Assembly (NCBI GenBank): GCA_016182875.1
Contig: JACPFQ010000004.1
Location: 99,203 to 163,202, forward strand
Length of the DNA: 64,000 bases
Source of the DNA: Candidatus Doudnabacteria bacterium
GTDB taxonomy: Bacteria; Patescibacteriota; Doudnabacteria; UBA920; O2-02-FULL-48-8
Direction: 5' to 3'
Positions 18,263 to 26,551 of this stretch are shown piece after piece. Position 1 is the stretch's first letter. The number at the start of each line of letters is the position of its first letter. A program made the translations under genes and the position numbers. The notes below the pieces were generated by a model that was not told where the DNA came from, made no database searches, and saw only the letters and a program-made list of their open reading frames with translations.

Positions 18263-19597
18263 ATGACCAACCAACAGCTTTGGCAGGCAATTCTTGGCAA
18301 CTTGGAACTGACCCTCAGCAAGGCAAATTTTACGACCTGGTTTAAAAACACTTCGATCATCGAAAAAAGTGAGAATTCCATTGTAGTCGGAGTACCCAAT
18401 GGCTTCACCAAGGAGTGGCTGCAGAACAAATACCATCAGGAGATTCTGAAAGCCCTCAAAACAATTTCGCCGGAAATCAAGGAAATCAAATACCAAATAG
18501 TCAGCCCGACTTATACTCAACCGCAGATTGCGAAGGAAGTGGTCCGGCCGCAGCAAGTCAAAAGAGCTGATAATCAGAACTTGAACCCAAAATATACTTT
18601 TACCAGCTTCATTGTCGGGGCCAACAACCAATTGGCGCACGCGGCCAGCCTGGCGGTAAGCAAAAAACCGGGCCAGGTTTATAATCCGCTCTTCATCTAC
18701 GGCGGGGTGGGATTGGGAAAAACTCACCTCATGCAGGCCGTGGGCAGCGAAGTCCTCAAAAAATCCGCGAATGTCAAGGTTTTATATGTGACGTCCGAAA
18801 AATTTACCAATGAATTTGTCTCCGCAGTTTCTGCGGGAAAAACCGAGTCATTTAAATCTTTATACCGCAGCGTCGACGTTCTGCTGGTCGATGATATTCA
18901 ATTCTTGGCGGGAAGAGAAGGCACCCAGGAAGAATTTTTCCATACCTTCAATGCCCTGCATCAAAACAACAAGCAGGTCGTAATGACTTCCGACCGGCTG
19001 CCCAAAGAAATTCCTGCGATCGAAGAGCGCTTGGTTTCGCGCTTTGAATGGGGAATGATTGCCGACATTCAAGCGCCCGATTTGGAAACCCGCCTGGCGA
19101 TTCTTAAGACCAAAGCCCGGGAAAAAAATTACAACATCGAACCGGAGATTTTAACTTACATTGCGGAAACCATCCAAAGCAATATCAGGGAATTGGAAGG
19201 GGCCTTAAACCGGCTTATGGTCTACTGCCAGCTCAACAACACCCGCCCGACCATTGACCAGGTGAAGAATATCCTCGTCAACGTCATAACTCCCCCAAAA
19301 AGGCGTGGCGTCTCTGCCAAAAAAATCATTGAAGTCGTGGCTGACTTTTATAACGTTTCAATTGAGGACCTTCTCAAACAATCGAGAAAAAAAGAATACG
19401 TCAATCCGCGGCAAATCGCCATGTTCATCATCCGCCGGGAGCTAGAAACTTCCCTCCCATCGATCGGCGAGTTCTTTGGGGGCCGGGACCACACCACTGT
19501 AATCCATGCCATCGACAAAATCGATCGCCAAATCAAAGAACGCAACGGCTTAAAACAAGAGATAGATTTGATTAAGGATAGACTGTATATGCCGTGA
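18263..19597 (+). CDS. dnaA: Chromosomal replication initiator DnaA
   Basis: AAA+ Walker A (GGVGLGKTHL), DnaA signature, C-terminal DNA-binding domain. Confidence 0.95.
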   Translation: MTNQQLWQAILGNLELTLSKANFTTWFKNTSIIEKSENSIVVGVPNGFTKEWLQNKYHQEILKALKTISPEIKEIKYQIVSPTYTQPQIAKEVVRPQQVKRADNQNLNPKYTFTSFIVGANNQLAHAASLAVSKKPGQVYNPLFIYGGVGLGKTHLMQAVGSEVLKKSANVKVLYVTSEKFTNEFVSAVSAGKTESFKSLYRSVDVLLVDDIQFLAGREGTQEEFFHTFNALHQNNKQVVMTSDRLPKEIPAIEERLVSRFEWGMIADIQAPDLETRLAILKTKAREKNYNIEPEILTYIAETIQSNIRELEGALNRLMVYCQLNNTRPTIDQVKNILVNVITPPKRRGVSAKKIIEVVADFYNVSIEDLLKQSRKKEYVNPRQIAMFIIRRELETSLPSIGEFFGGRDHTTVIHAIDKIDRQIKERNGLKQEIDLIKDRLYMP

Positions 19598-19767
19598 GGG
19601 TAAACTGTTAATTAAAAATTACGGATTACGGGTTACGGATTTTTATACCGACGTTCCCCACAAGCTAAAAACAACAAGTTAAATAATCTAATTCGATAAT
19701 CCGCAATCCGTAATTAATAATTCCAACAAATACACAAACCCACAGTTTCTATTACCACTATTATTTT
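19598..19767. other. dnaA-dnaN intergenic region with inverted TTACGGAT-type repeats flanking an AT-rich core; alternative oriC candidate
   Basis: ttacggattacgggttacggatt ... aatccgcaatccgtaat (imperfect inverted repeats); TTCCCCACA and AACCCACAG as weak DnaA-box-like 9-mers. Confidence 0.3.
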
Positions 19768-20874
19768 TTGAAGACCATTATGAAAGTAGTATGCACCAAA
19801 GATAACTTAAGAAGAGGCCTGTTTGCCGTAAGCCGGGTGGTCGGGAGCGGAAACCCGTTGCAGGTTTTGAATAACATTTTGGTCAAAACCGACCAGGGGC
19901 GGGTCAAGCTATCTTCCACCAATCTTGAAATTGGAGTCAACACCTGGATTGGCGGAAAGATAGAAGAGGAGGGGGCGCTGACCGTGCCGGCCAGGCTGAT
20001 GAATGAATATATAAATAACCTGCCGGCTGACAAGGTTCTCATTACGGTTAAGGACACGGTTCTAAGCTTGGAGTCAGAGAATTATCACACGAATATCAAG
20101 GGGCTTTCGTCAGAAGATTTCCCCCTAATTCCACAGGTACTGGACGAGCCATACACCAAAGTTGACTCCGATGAGCTTAAATCAGCGCTTGCTGAAACAG
20201 TTTGGGCTGCGGCCAACAACGAGACCCAACCCGAGATTTCGGGGATATTTGTCGCTTTCGAGGATAACAAATTAAGGATTGCCGCCACTGACCGGTACCG
20301 CCTGGCAGAAAGAGTCGTGCCGCTTGCTGCTGCGGTCGCCACAAATAAAGAAGCTATAATTCCATCAAGGACAATCGGCGAGCTTTATAAAATACTTAGC
20401 CTGGGCAAGGGTGGGGTAGAAATTTACTTTTCGGAATCCCAGGTCTTGTTTAAGTTCGACGAGACCGAAATCATCTCACGCCTCATAGACGGCAACTATC
20501 CTGACTACCGCCAGATTATTCCGAAGACCTTTAAGACCGAAGCCGAGGTCGGGAAGTCAGAACTGCTTCACGCGCTCAAGGCAGCAAGCTTGTTTGCTCC
20601 TGACTCAAATAACGTCCAGGTGGAAGCGGGCAAGACCGAGCTGACAGTCGCCGCTTCGTCCGCCGCTGCCGGCGAAAACGTCACCAAGGTCGCAGCAGCA
20701 GTCAAGGGAGATAGCAACAGCGCAGTGTTCAACTTTCGATATCTCATCGATTGCCTCAACGCCTTGCCGGAAGAAAAAGTAATTCTTAAGATGATTAATG
20801 ACGCTTCGCCGGCCATGCTGCTGCCAGCCGGCCGCGATAATTATTTATACATCGTAATGCCAATTAAGCTGTAA
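19768..20874 (+). CDS. dnaN: DNA polymerase III beta sliding clamp
   Basis: MKVVCTKDNL... three-domain clamp architecture; 368 aa. Confidence 0.9.
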   Translation: MKTIMKVVCTKDNLRRGLFAVSRVVGSGNPLQVLNNILVKTDQGRVKLSSTNLEIGVNTWIGGKIEEEGALTVPARLMNEYINNLPADKVLITVKDTVLSLESENYHTNIKGLSSEDFPLIPQVLDEPYTKVDSDELKSALAETVWAAANNETQPEISGIFVAFEDNKLRIAATDRYRLAERVVPLAAAVATNKEAIIPSRTIGELYKILSLGKGGVEIYFSESQVLFKFDETEIISRLIDGNYPDYRQIIPKTFKTEAEVGKSELLHALKAASLFAPDSNNVQVEAGKTELTVAASSAAAGENVTKVAAAVKGDSNSAVFNFRYLIDCLNALPEEKVILKMINDASPAMLLPAGRDNYLYIVMPIKL

Positions 20875-22013
20875 TGAAGCTGGAAAGCATTGCTTTAGAA
20901 AATTTCCGCAACTACTCAAAAATCGAGGTCAATATAAATTCCGACCTCGTTTTGATTTTGGGGGCGAACGCCTCCGGCAAGACCAATTTTTTGGAAAGCA
21001 TTTATTTTTTGTCCCGTTTGAAGTCGTTCCGCAGCCCAGACCAGTTTCTTGTTAAAATCGGAGAGAACTATTTTAAGCTGGCGGCAAATGTCATTGCGAG
21101 GCCGGACTTGATCCGGCCGAAGCAATCTCATGGAGAGATCGCCGCGTCGTCCCGCCAAGGCGGGACTCCTCGCGATGACCAAGAAAAAGACCTAGAAGTT
21201 ATAGTCCAAGTCACCCCTATTTTAAAGCGCAGCTTTAAACTTAACGGCCAGAAAATCAAGCGCGGGCTTTGGCAAAGTTTTGCCGCGGTGCTGTTCATTC
21301 CCACTGACCTGAATTTGTTTTCTTTGGGTCCGTTATTGAGGCGAAGATACCTAGATGACACTTTATCCCAAGTCAGCAAAAATTATGCTTTTGATTTAGT
21401 TTCTTTGGACCATGTACTTGGTCAGCGCAAGGCCTTGCTGGAAAAAATAGCACTTCAGCAAGCCCAGCGTGAGGAGCTAAGCTTCTGGAACGAGCAGCTG
21501 ATTACTTTGACTTTAAGCATCGGCCAGGAGCGGAAATGTTTTTTGGATTTTTTAAACGAGCGGTTGAACTCGGTCTATTCGCAGTTGTCCGGTTTCAAAA
21601 ATAAATTCGCGGTTGAATACAAAACTGATGCTCAGGGCGACCTGCATAAACTGATCAAAGAGCATGAGGGGGCGGAGGTTAGGTCCGGCCAAAACCTCAT
21701 AGGACCGCATCGGGAAGACTTTGTCCTTAACAAAGACGGATTGTTGAATGTTTATAATTCATCCCGCGGCGAGCTCCGCTCCCAAATCTTGGCGATTAAG
21801 TTTTTACAAGCTGAGTACCTGAACAGCCACGACTTCAAGCCAATTATCTTTTTGGACGATGTTTTTTCCGAGCTCGACGAGGAGCGCCGGATTAAATTAC
21901 TGGAGAATCTTTCTGGCCACCAGATTTTTATCACGACCACCGAAGAGCACCACTTACCGGAAATAAAACAAGCGCAAAAGTTAAAAGTCGAGAATGGACA
22001 GTTCCTCCCCTGA
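20874..22013 (+). CDS. recF: DNA replication/repair protein RecF
   Basis: Walker A (LGANASGKTNFLESI) and a signature/Walker B region near the C-terminus. Confidence 0.9.
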   Translation: MKLESIALENFRNYSKIEVNINSDLVLILGANASGKTNFLESIYFLSRLKSFRSPDQFLVKIGENYFKLAANVIARPDLIRPKQSHGEIAASSRQGGTPRDDQEKDLEVIVQVTPILKRSFKLNGQKIKRGLWQSFAAVLFIPTDLNLFSLGPLLRRRYLDDTLSQVSKNYAFDLVSLDHVLGQRKALLEKIALQQAQREELSFWNEQLITLTLSIGQERKCFLDFLNERLNSVYSQLSGFKNKFAVEYKTDAQGDLHKLIKEHEGAEVRSGQNLIGPHREDFVLNKDGLLNVYNSSRGELRSQILAIKFLQAEYLNSHDFKPIIFLDDVFSELDEERRIKLLENLSGHQIFITTTEEHHLPEIKQAQKLKVENGQFLP

Positions 22014-22046
22014 TACCCCCTCTAACTCCCCCTTCCAGGGGGAGAA
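22013..22046 (+). terminator. recF terminator hairpin that is also a minimal copy of the palindromic-element terminal repeats (TAACTCCCCC-ttcca-GGGGGAGaaTTA)
   Basis: CCCCC-TTCCA-GGGGG stem-loop followed by aattatttttct; its ends match those of the elements inside uvrB and valS. Confidence 0.55.
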
Positions 22047-22141
22047 TTATTTTTCTAAAAATTAGACAAATCAAAAGAGCGAGGCCGACCCATACGGGGT
22101 CAAACCTCGCCCTCTCGTCCGGTCGAATGACCGGAACGTGT

Positions 22142-23884
22142 CTATCTGTCTTCCTCCTCCCTTTCGTTATCGAGCTCCATGTGAAGGCCTTGTGAGACCC
22201 TCAACATGAATTCGCGGCGCTCGTTCGGCTTGCCGCCGAAGAACTTAAACCTTCTCTCGACCTTCTTGGGTTCGTGGGCCACCACGTGATCCGCGGTCAT
22301 CATATTGATGACCTTCTGTTCCGCCTCAAGCCCGTCGACATGCTGAGCGAGCGCGGTTACCGCACTGCGGGCTTCACCCGTGACCCGCTCGACGGCAGCG
22401 ATGCGGTCCATCATGGACTGCCGCAGCTCGGCACCGTACTTGGTAACGACTTCCGTGGCCTGCGCCCGCGCCGCTGTAGTGACCCGCGCCTCGAGCCCGT
22501 CGAGCCCACTGTACTGGATCCTCAGGGCAGCGAGCTGCTGGCCCTGCGCCTGAACTTGCCGACGGAGCGCGGTGATGTCAGCGCTTGGCTGCGGCTGGGT
22601 GACCTGCTTCTGCACCGCCTCGATGCGCTGCTGCAGTCGGTAACCCATGGCGTTGGTCTGGTTATCCATGACTGTCACGTATTTGTCGGAGACGATTGTT
22701 CGGCCGTCCTGGCAGGTGACACCGACCTTGGTAGCTACCTTCCGAGCGTTGACCGGGTCGATGTTGACCGTGCCCACCACTTGCGTGGGTGAAGCGCTCG
22801 TCACGGTCATGCTGACACCGCGCGTGATATTCACCGCCGTCGGGTTTCCGGTGCAGAGGTTGCTGCCCGACAGGGTCAGCATCTGCGGTACCGGGTGGTC
22901 CACGACGATGGTGTCCGGTGATATCGAGGTGATCTGTCCGGCGGCCTGTGCGAACGCTGCGTTCGCGTAGCCGCCAAACAGCAGCGCCAGGATGATCACG
23001 GGAACCACAGGAGCCGGAGCCGCGGGAACGGCGGGCTGAGCCGAGACTTCCGCCGAGTTCGGTCCCTCGCCAGACCCGTAGTACGCGCTCACGACGTAGA
23101 AGTATTGGGTGCCGTTCGTGAGCCCCGCTGCGTCGGTGTAGGTCGTCGCATTGGCCGTGCCGACGATTGTGTACGGGCCGCCGGCAGTCGTGGCGCGTTT
23201 GACCGTGTAGAACACAGCGCCTGTGATTGCCGCCCAGTTGAGGACGACCTGAGCGTTCCCTGGCGTTGCCGCAAGCCCTGTGGGAGCAGCAGGTCTGTGT
23301 GCTTCCTGAGCGCGCCGACGGACTTCGGCGTCGCGGTCCTCCGGTTGTGCAGGACCGCGCCGCCGTAAGAACCAGACGGCAATGATGAGCACGAGCAGTC
23401 CCACACCAGCCCAGACGAACGGGGCCAAGTTGATGGCCGCTGGCGGACAGCCGGTGGTCAGAACGGGCGTTCCCTGCGGGGTGTCCTTGCACTGGTCGAC
23501 GTTGTCCGCGACCTTGTCGCCGTCCGAGTCAGTGGCGGCCGGCGGCGGTTCCTGCGCCTTGTCTGCCGCCTGCTGCTGTTCTTGCGAACAGCCGTTGCGG
23601 AAGATGGGCACGCCTTGCGGGGTGTTGGCGCACTGGTCGTCGCTGTTCGGGATGCCGTCGCGGTCTGCATCCGCCACCGGGGTTGCCGGTTGCGGAGTTG
23701 GCGTTGGCGCGGGAGCCGCGGGCTGGCCCTGAGTGGCCGGTGGTGCCTGCGGCGCGGGCGCGGGTTGCGGAGTCGGCGGTTGCGCAGTCGCAGCCTCGGG
23801 CTCCTGTGGCACGACCGGAATCTGCGCGAACGCGCTGGCGCTGAGCGCCAGCATTGCGAGCACGAAAACGAACATTCTTATCAT
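22142..23884 (-). CDS. High-GC secreted/membrane surface protein. Order: signal peptide, Pro-rich linker, two TSP3-like Ca-binding repeats, TM helix, FN3-like domain, second signal-peptide-like segment, Cys-containing beta domain, long coiled coil
   Basis: I prefer ATG at 23884 (MIRMFVFVLAMLALSASAFAQ) with SD AGGAGGG 3 nt upstream over the track start at 24106. Repeats DADRDGIPNSDDQC and DSDGDKVADNVDQC. FN3-like segment NAQVVLNWAAITGAVFYTVKR...GTQYFYVVSAYY. Confidence 0.55.
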   Translation of the reverse strand: MIRMFVFVLAMLALSASAFAQIPVVPQEPEAATAQPPTPQPAPAPQAPPATQGQPAAPAPTPTPQPATPVADADRDGIPNSDDQCANTPQGVPIFRNGCSQEQQQAADKAQEPPPAATDSDGDKVADNVDQCKDTPQGTPVLTTGCPPAAINLAPFVWAGVGLLVLIIAVWFLRRRGPAQPEDRDAEVRRRAQEAHRPAAPTGLAATPGNAQVVLNWAAITGAVFYTVKRATTAGGPYTIVGTANATTYTDAAGLTNGTQYFYVVSAYYGSGEGPNSAEVSAQPAVPAAPAPVVPVIILALLFGGYANAAFAQAAGQITSISPDTIVVDHPVPQMLTLSGSNLCTGNPTAVNITRGVSMTVTSASPTQVVGTVNIDPVNARKVATKVGVTCQDGRTIVSDKYVTVMDNQTNAMGYRLQQRIEAVQKQVTQPQPSADITALRRQVQAQGQQLAALRIQYSGLDGLEARVTTAARAQATEVVTKYGAELRQSMMDRIAAVERVTGEARSAVTALAQHVDGLEAEQKVINMMTADHVVAHEPKKVERRFKFFGGKPNERREFMLRVSQGLHMELDNEREEEDR

Positions 23885-24133
23885 CACACCCTCCTGTGAG
23901 ATGTGAAAGTTGGCCTCGCGGCCAGTTGAAACGAAACGCTCTGACGGCGTTTGGCCGCGAGCCAGTGCGTGAACTCTAGTAGCACTGCTTTTATGTCTGA
24001 AATTTATCCTGATGTAAATCAGGATCAGGCACAAAAGTAATCCTACTAAAATGGGGAGGAGCGAGGCAGTCTTGGTAGACCAGCCTCGCCCCACTCCTTC
24101 TTGCATCTCAGCGCTTGCGCGCTGAGTTTCCTC

Positions 24134-25960
24134 CTATCTGTTGTCTTCCTCCGGTCCGCCGTTGGGTGGCGCACCGTTCCGGGTCTCGCACGGGGTGGCC
24201 AGACCGAGCGCCTCGGCGACTGCTTGCGACGCCGTCTTGCGCTGGTTGGGCTGTCCGCGTCTGAGGAACCTGCCGCCAACGCGGTCAGGCTCGTCGTACA
24301 CGACATGCTGCATCGCAATGCAGGTGCCGGTCTCGACGTTGCCCATCCTGCCTTGCAGGTTGTTGACGTACCCGGCCTGGGTTGTCAGGGTCTTCGCGAG
24401 CTCCCCGGCGTAGCTAAGCGTCTGGTCAGCAACGCTGCGCGTCGCCTTGCCTGCCTCTTCGGCTGCGGCAATGCGCGACACCATGCGCTCCTCGAGGGTC
24501 TGGAGGTCGCTGAGGACATCCGCACGCCGCGCGAAGGGAGCCCATGATGCCTGGAGAAGCTCGCCAGCTTTCGCGTGCGTCGGCTGGGCGGAGTAGTCCA
24601 GGTAGCGCTTGTTCCCCTCTTCCCGCCCGTAGACCTGCTGGAACTTCTCCTGCAGGTAGTGTGAGAAACGCGGGTCGCGTCCGAACCGCTCGGCCGTGAT
24701 GTCGAGCACGGTCGCCGATTCCTGGCTGATGATGCGGACGACCGAGTTGCCCGACGCGATGTCGCCTGCGTCGGTGTTCACCACGAACGCCGTGGTCCCC
24801 GGCATGGCAGTCGCGTCTGCCTGGAGCTTGCTGATGATGGTGTTGCCCTTCATCACAATCTCCGTAGTGGTGGCCACACCGGTGCCGGCGTTGATGCCCG
24901 TGACCTTGCCGAGCTTGGCGTTGCGCGGGCAGGCCATGGTGATGGTCACGTCCGCGGCGTTGCCGCCCTGCACCAGGTATCCGTTCTGCACACTGACAGA
25001 ACGGACGGTGCACGTCGGAACTGCAGGGGCCGCGGGAGCGGCGGGCTGACCCTGAGCAGGCACCTGTGCGGCTGCCGGCTGCGGCGCTGCCGGCGGGGCC
25101 GGGGCAGCCGCACCGGGAGCGGCCGGCGCCGTGGTGACGGGTGGGGTCGGCTGCTGGGCGAGGGCGCTGTTGGCGCCGAGCCCGAGCAGGATGGCGATGA
25201 CGATGCTTCTCATGACAGTTCCTCCGAGTTTCCGGTTGATGTTGATGCCGAACCCGATGACGAGTCCGACGAGAATCACGAACCCGACGGCCCCGCCGAT
25301 GACGATGTACCGCAGCTTCTGATCGGTCCGCCGCGTGTCCTGGCGGGCGAGTAGCGCGTTGTTGGACGCCTTGATCGAGTACTGCCGGTCCATCCACGAG
25401 TTGTCCGCCGACGAGGCGATTGCCTTCTCGATTCGTCCGATGAGCGAGGCTTCGACGTCGTTCAGGCGGTGCTCGACGTCAGTAGGCGACGCGTTGTACG
25501 GCGCGACCTTGGCGATGTAGGTTCGGGTCGCTTCGAGAGGCGGTTGCGACGAGTCGGTGACCTTGACCGTGACCGTGTAGTCATCGCCTGGGATTTCTTC
25601 GCCACGCGATGAATACAGGTAGGCCTGACTCTTGCTCGGCAACCAGACATCGAGAATGTCTCCGTTCTTGATCTCGTCGACGATCTCCCACTTGTAGGGC
25701 TCGGTCCCGCCGCGCGCCGCCAGGTTGAACTCCTTGTAGCGGCCGGATTCGAACGCGATGGTCGTGGGTTCGACGATTGTCAACGAACCGGTTGCTGTCG
25801 CGGGCGGCTGCTGGGTCGAACCCGTCGCGGGCGGCGCCTGCTGAGTCGAAGTACCGGGCTGGCGAATCGTCGCGGTCTGCGCGCCGAGCGGCACCAGGTT
25901 CAAGAGGAACCCGAGCAGCAAAATCGCTGCGCAGATGAGGTACTGAGTCAACTTCTTCAT
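24134..25960 (-). CDS. High-GC surface protein, paralogous architecture to 22142..23884. Order: signal peptide, Thr/Pro-rich linker, Ig-like domain, TM helix, second signal peptide (with internal RBS + ATG at 25213), Pro-rich linker, Cys-containing beta domain, coiled coil
   Basis: SD AAGGGAGAG before ATG at 25960. GGTEPYKWEIV...DDYTVTVKVTD resembles bacterial putative-Ig domains. Internal GGAGGA-6nt-ATG (M250, MRSIVIAILLGLGANSALAQQ) is in frame. Confidence 0.55.
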   Translation of the reverse strand: MKKLTQYLICAAILLLGFLLNLVPLGAQTATIRQPGTSTQQAPPATGSTQQPPATATGSLTIVEPTTIAFESGRYKEFNLAARGGTEPYKWEIVDEIKNGDILDVWLPSKSQAYLYSSRGEEIPGDDYTVTVKVTDSSQPPLEATRTYIAKVAPYNASPTDVEHRLNDVEASLIGRIEKAIASSADNSWMDRQYSIKASNNALLARQDTRRTDQKLRYIVIGGAVGFVILVGLVIGFGININRKLGGTVMRSIVIAILLGLGANSALAQQPTPPVTTAPAAPGAAAPAPPAAPQPAAAQVPAQGQPAAPAAPAVPTCTVRSVSVQNGYLVQGGNAADVTITMACPRNAKLGKVTGINAGTGVATTTEIVMKGNTIISKLQADATAMPGTTAFVVNTDAGDIASGNSVVRIISQESATVLDITAERFGRDPRFSHYLQEKFQQVYGREEGNKRYLDYSAQPTHAKAGELLQASWAPFARRADVLSDLQTLEERMVSRIAAAEEAGKATRSVADQTLSYAGELAKTLTTQAGYVNNLQGRMGNVETGTCIAMQHVVYDEPDRVGGRFLRRGQPNQRKTASQAVAEALGLATPCETRNGAPPNGGPEEDNR

Positions 25961-25989
25961 GACTTGCTCTCCCTTTTGCTAACGAGCGG

Positions 25990-26226
25990 TTATGGTTCAA
26001 CGACAGTCACGTTGACTGCCATCAGTACTGCGTCGAGGTCGAACGTGGCCTGCTTGCCGCGGATTCGTCCGCGCGGCACGTGGTCGTCCCGAATCTCGAA
26101 CTTGTCTCCGACGTGGTCGGGGCCCGTGAGGACTCTCACCTTCCAGACCATCCTGCTAGGGTTGGTTGGGGAAGGATTGAAGCCCACGACATAGCCGGTA
26201 TACGCCGGTGACCCTCTGATCGTCAA
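25990..26226 (-). CDS. Small hypothetical protein (78 aa, TTG start) leading the high-GC minus-strand operon
   Basis: SD-like AGAGAGG upstream of TTG; same high G+C; 30 nt upstream of the next gene. Confidence 0.35.
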   Translation of the reverse strand: MTIRGSPAYTGYVVGFNPSPTNPSRMVWKVRVLTGPDHVGDKFEIRDDHVPRGRIRGKQATFDLDAVLMAVNVTVVEP

Positions 26227-26551
26227 AACGCACCTCTCTTTCTGAACAAATGCTGGTTGCGCCGCCGATACTTCCTAATTTTTAAGGCTTAAGAAACACG
26301 GGCGGCGCAACCAAAACTGAAACAAAATACACTATGGGATTTTAAAGAACGAACCGAATATGATAGCAAATTTTGGCACTTTTGTCAACCCCGACGCGCA
26401 AGCGGTCGGGGCTCCGACCGTAGCGTCGGAGTGCTCATGGTATTTTAGGCTAATTTTAGCCAAAAGCTGGCGCTAGGCTTGATTTTTTGCTTTAATACTA
26501 GTACAATTTAGCGTTCGTAAACCGCACTTTTAATTTTCCCAGGAGGGAGAA

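Noticed and set aside
18194-18727. 177-aa ORF on the minus strand overlapping the 5' half of dnaA
   Set aside because: It is antisense to a well-conserved dnaA coding region, with no RBS; a typical shadow ORF.
23880-24106. Using the track start 24106 (MQEGVGRG...) for the first surface protein
   Set aside because: The 74 N-terminal residues have no RBS and precede a canonical AGGAGGG-ATG plus signal peptide at 23884. The upstream extension would bury the signal peptide, so the internal start is preferred, though read-through cannot be excluded.
22274-25650. Many long alternative-frame ORFs inside the GC-rich island (e.g. 22662..23492 276 aa, 24426..25397 323 aa, 22274..22792, 23382..23732, 25581..26000), mostly Arg/Pro/Gly-rich
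   Set aside because: High G+C suppresses stop codons in all frames. These ORFs have no RBS, have Arg-rich low-complexity composition typical of out-of-frame GC-rich DNA, and overlap better-supported genes with SDs and recognisable domains.
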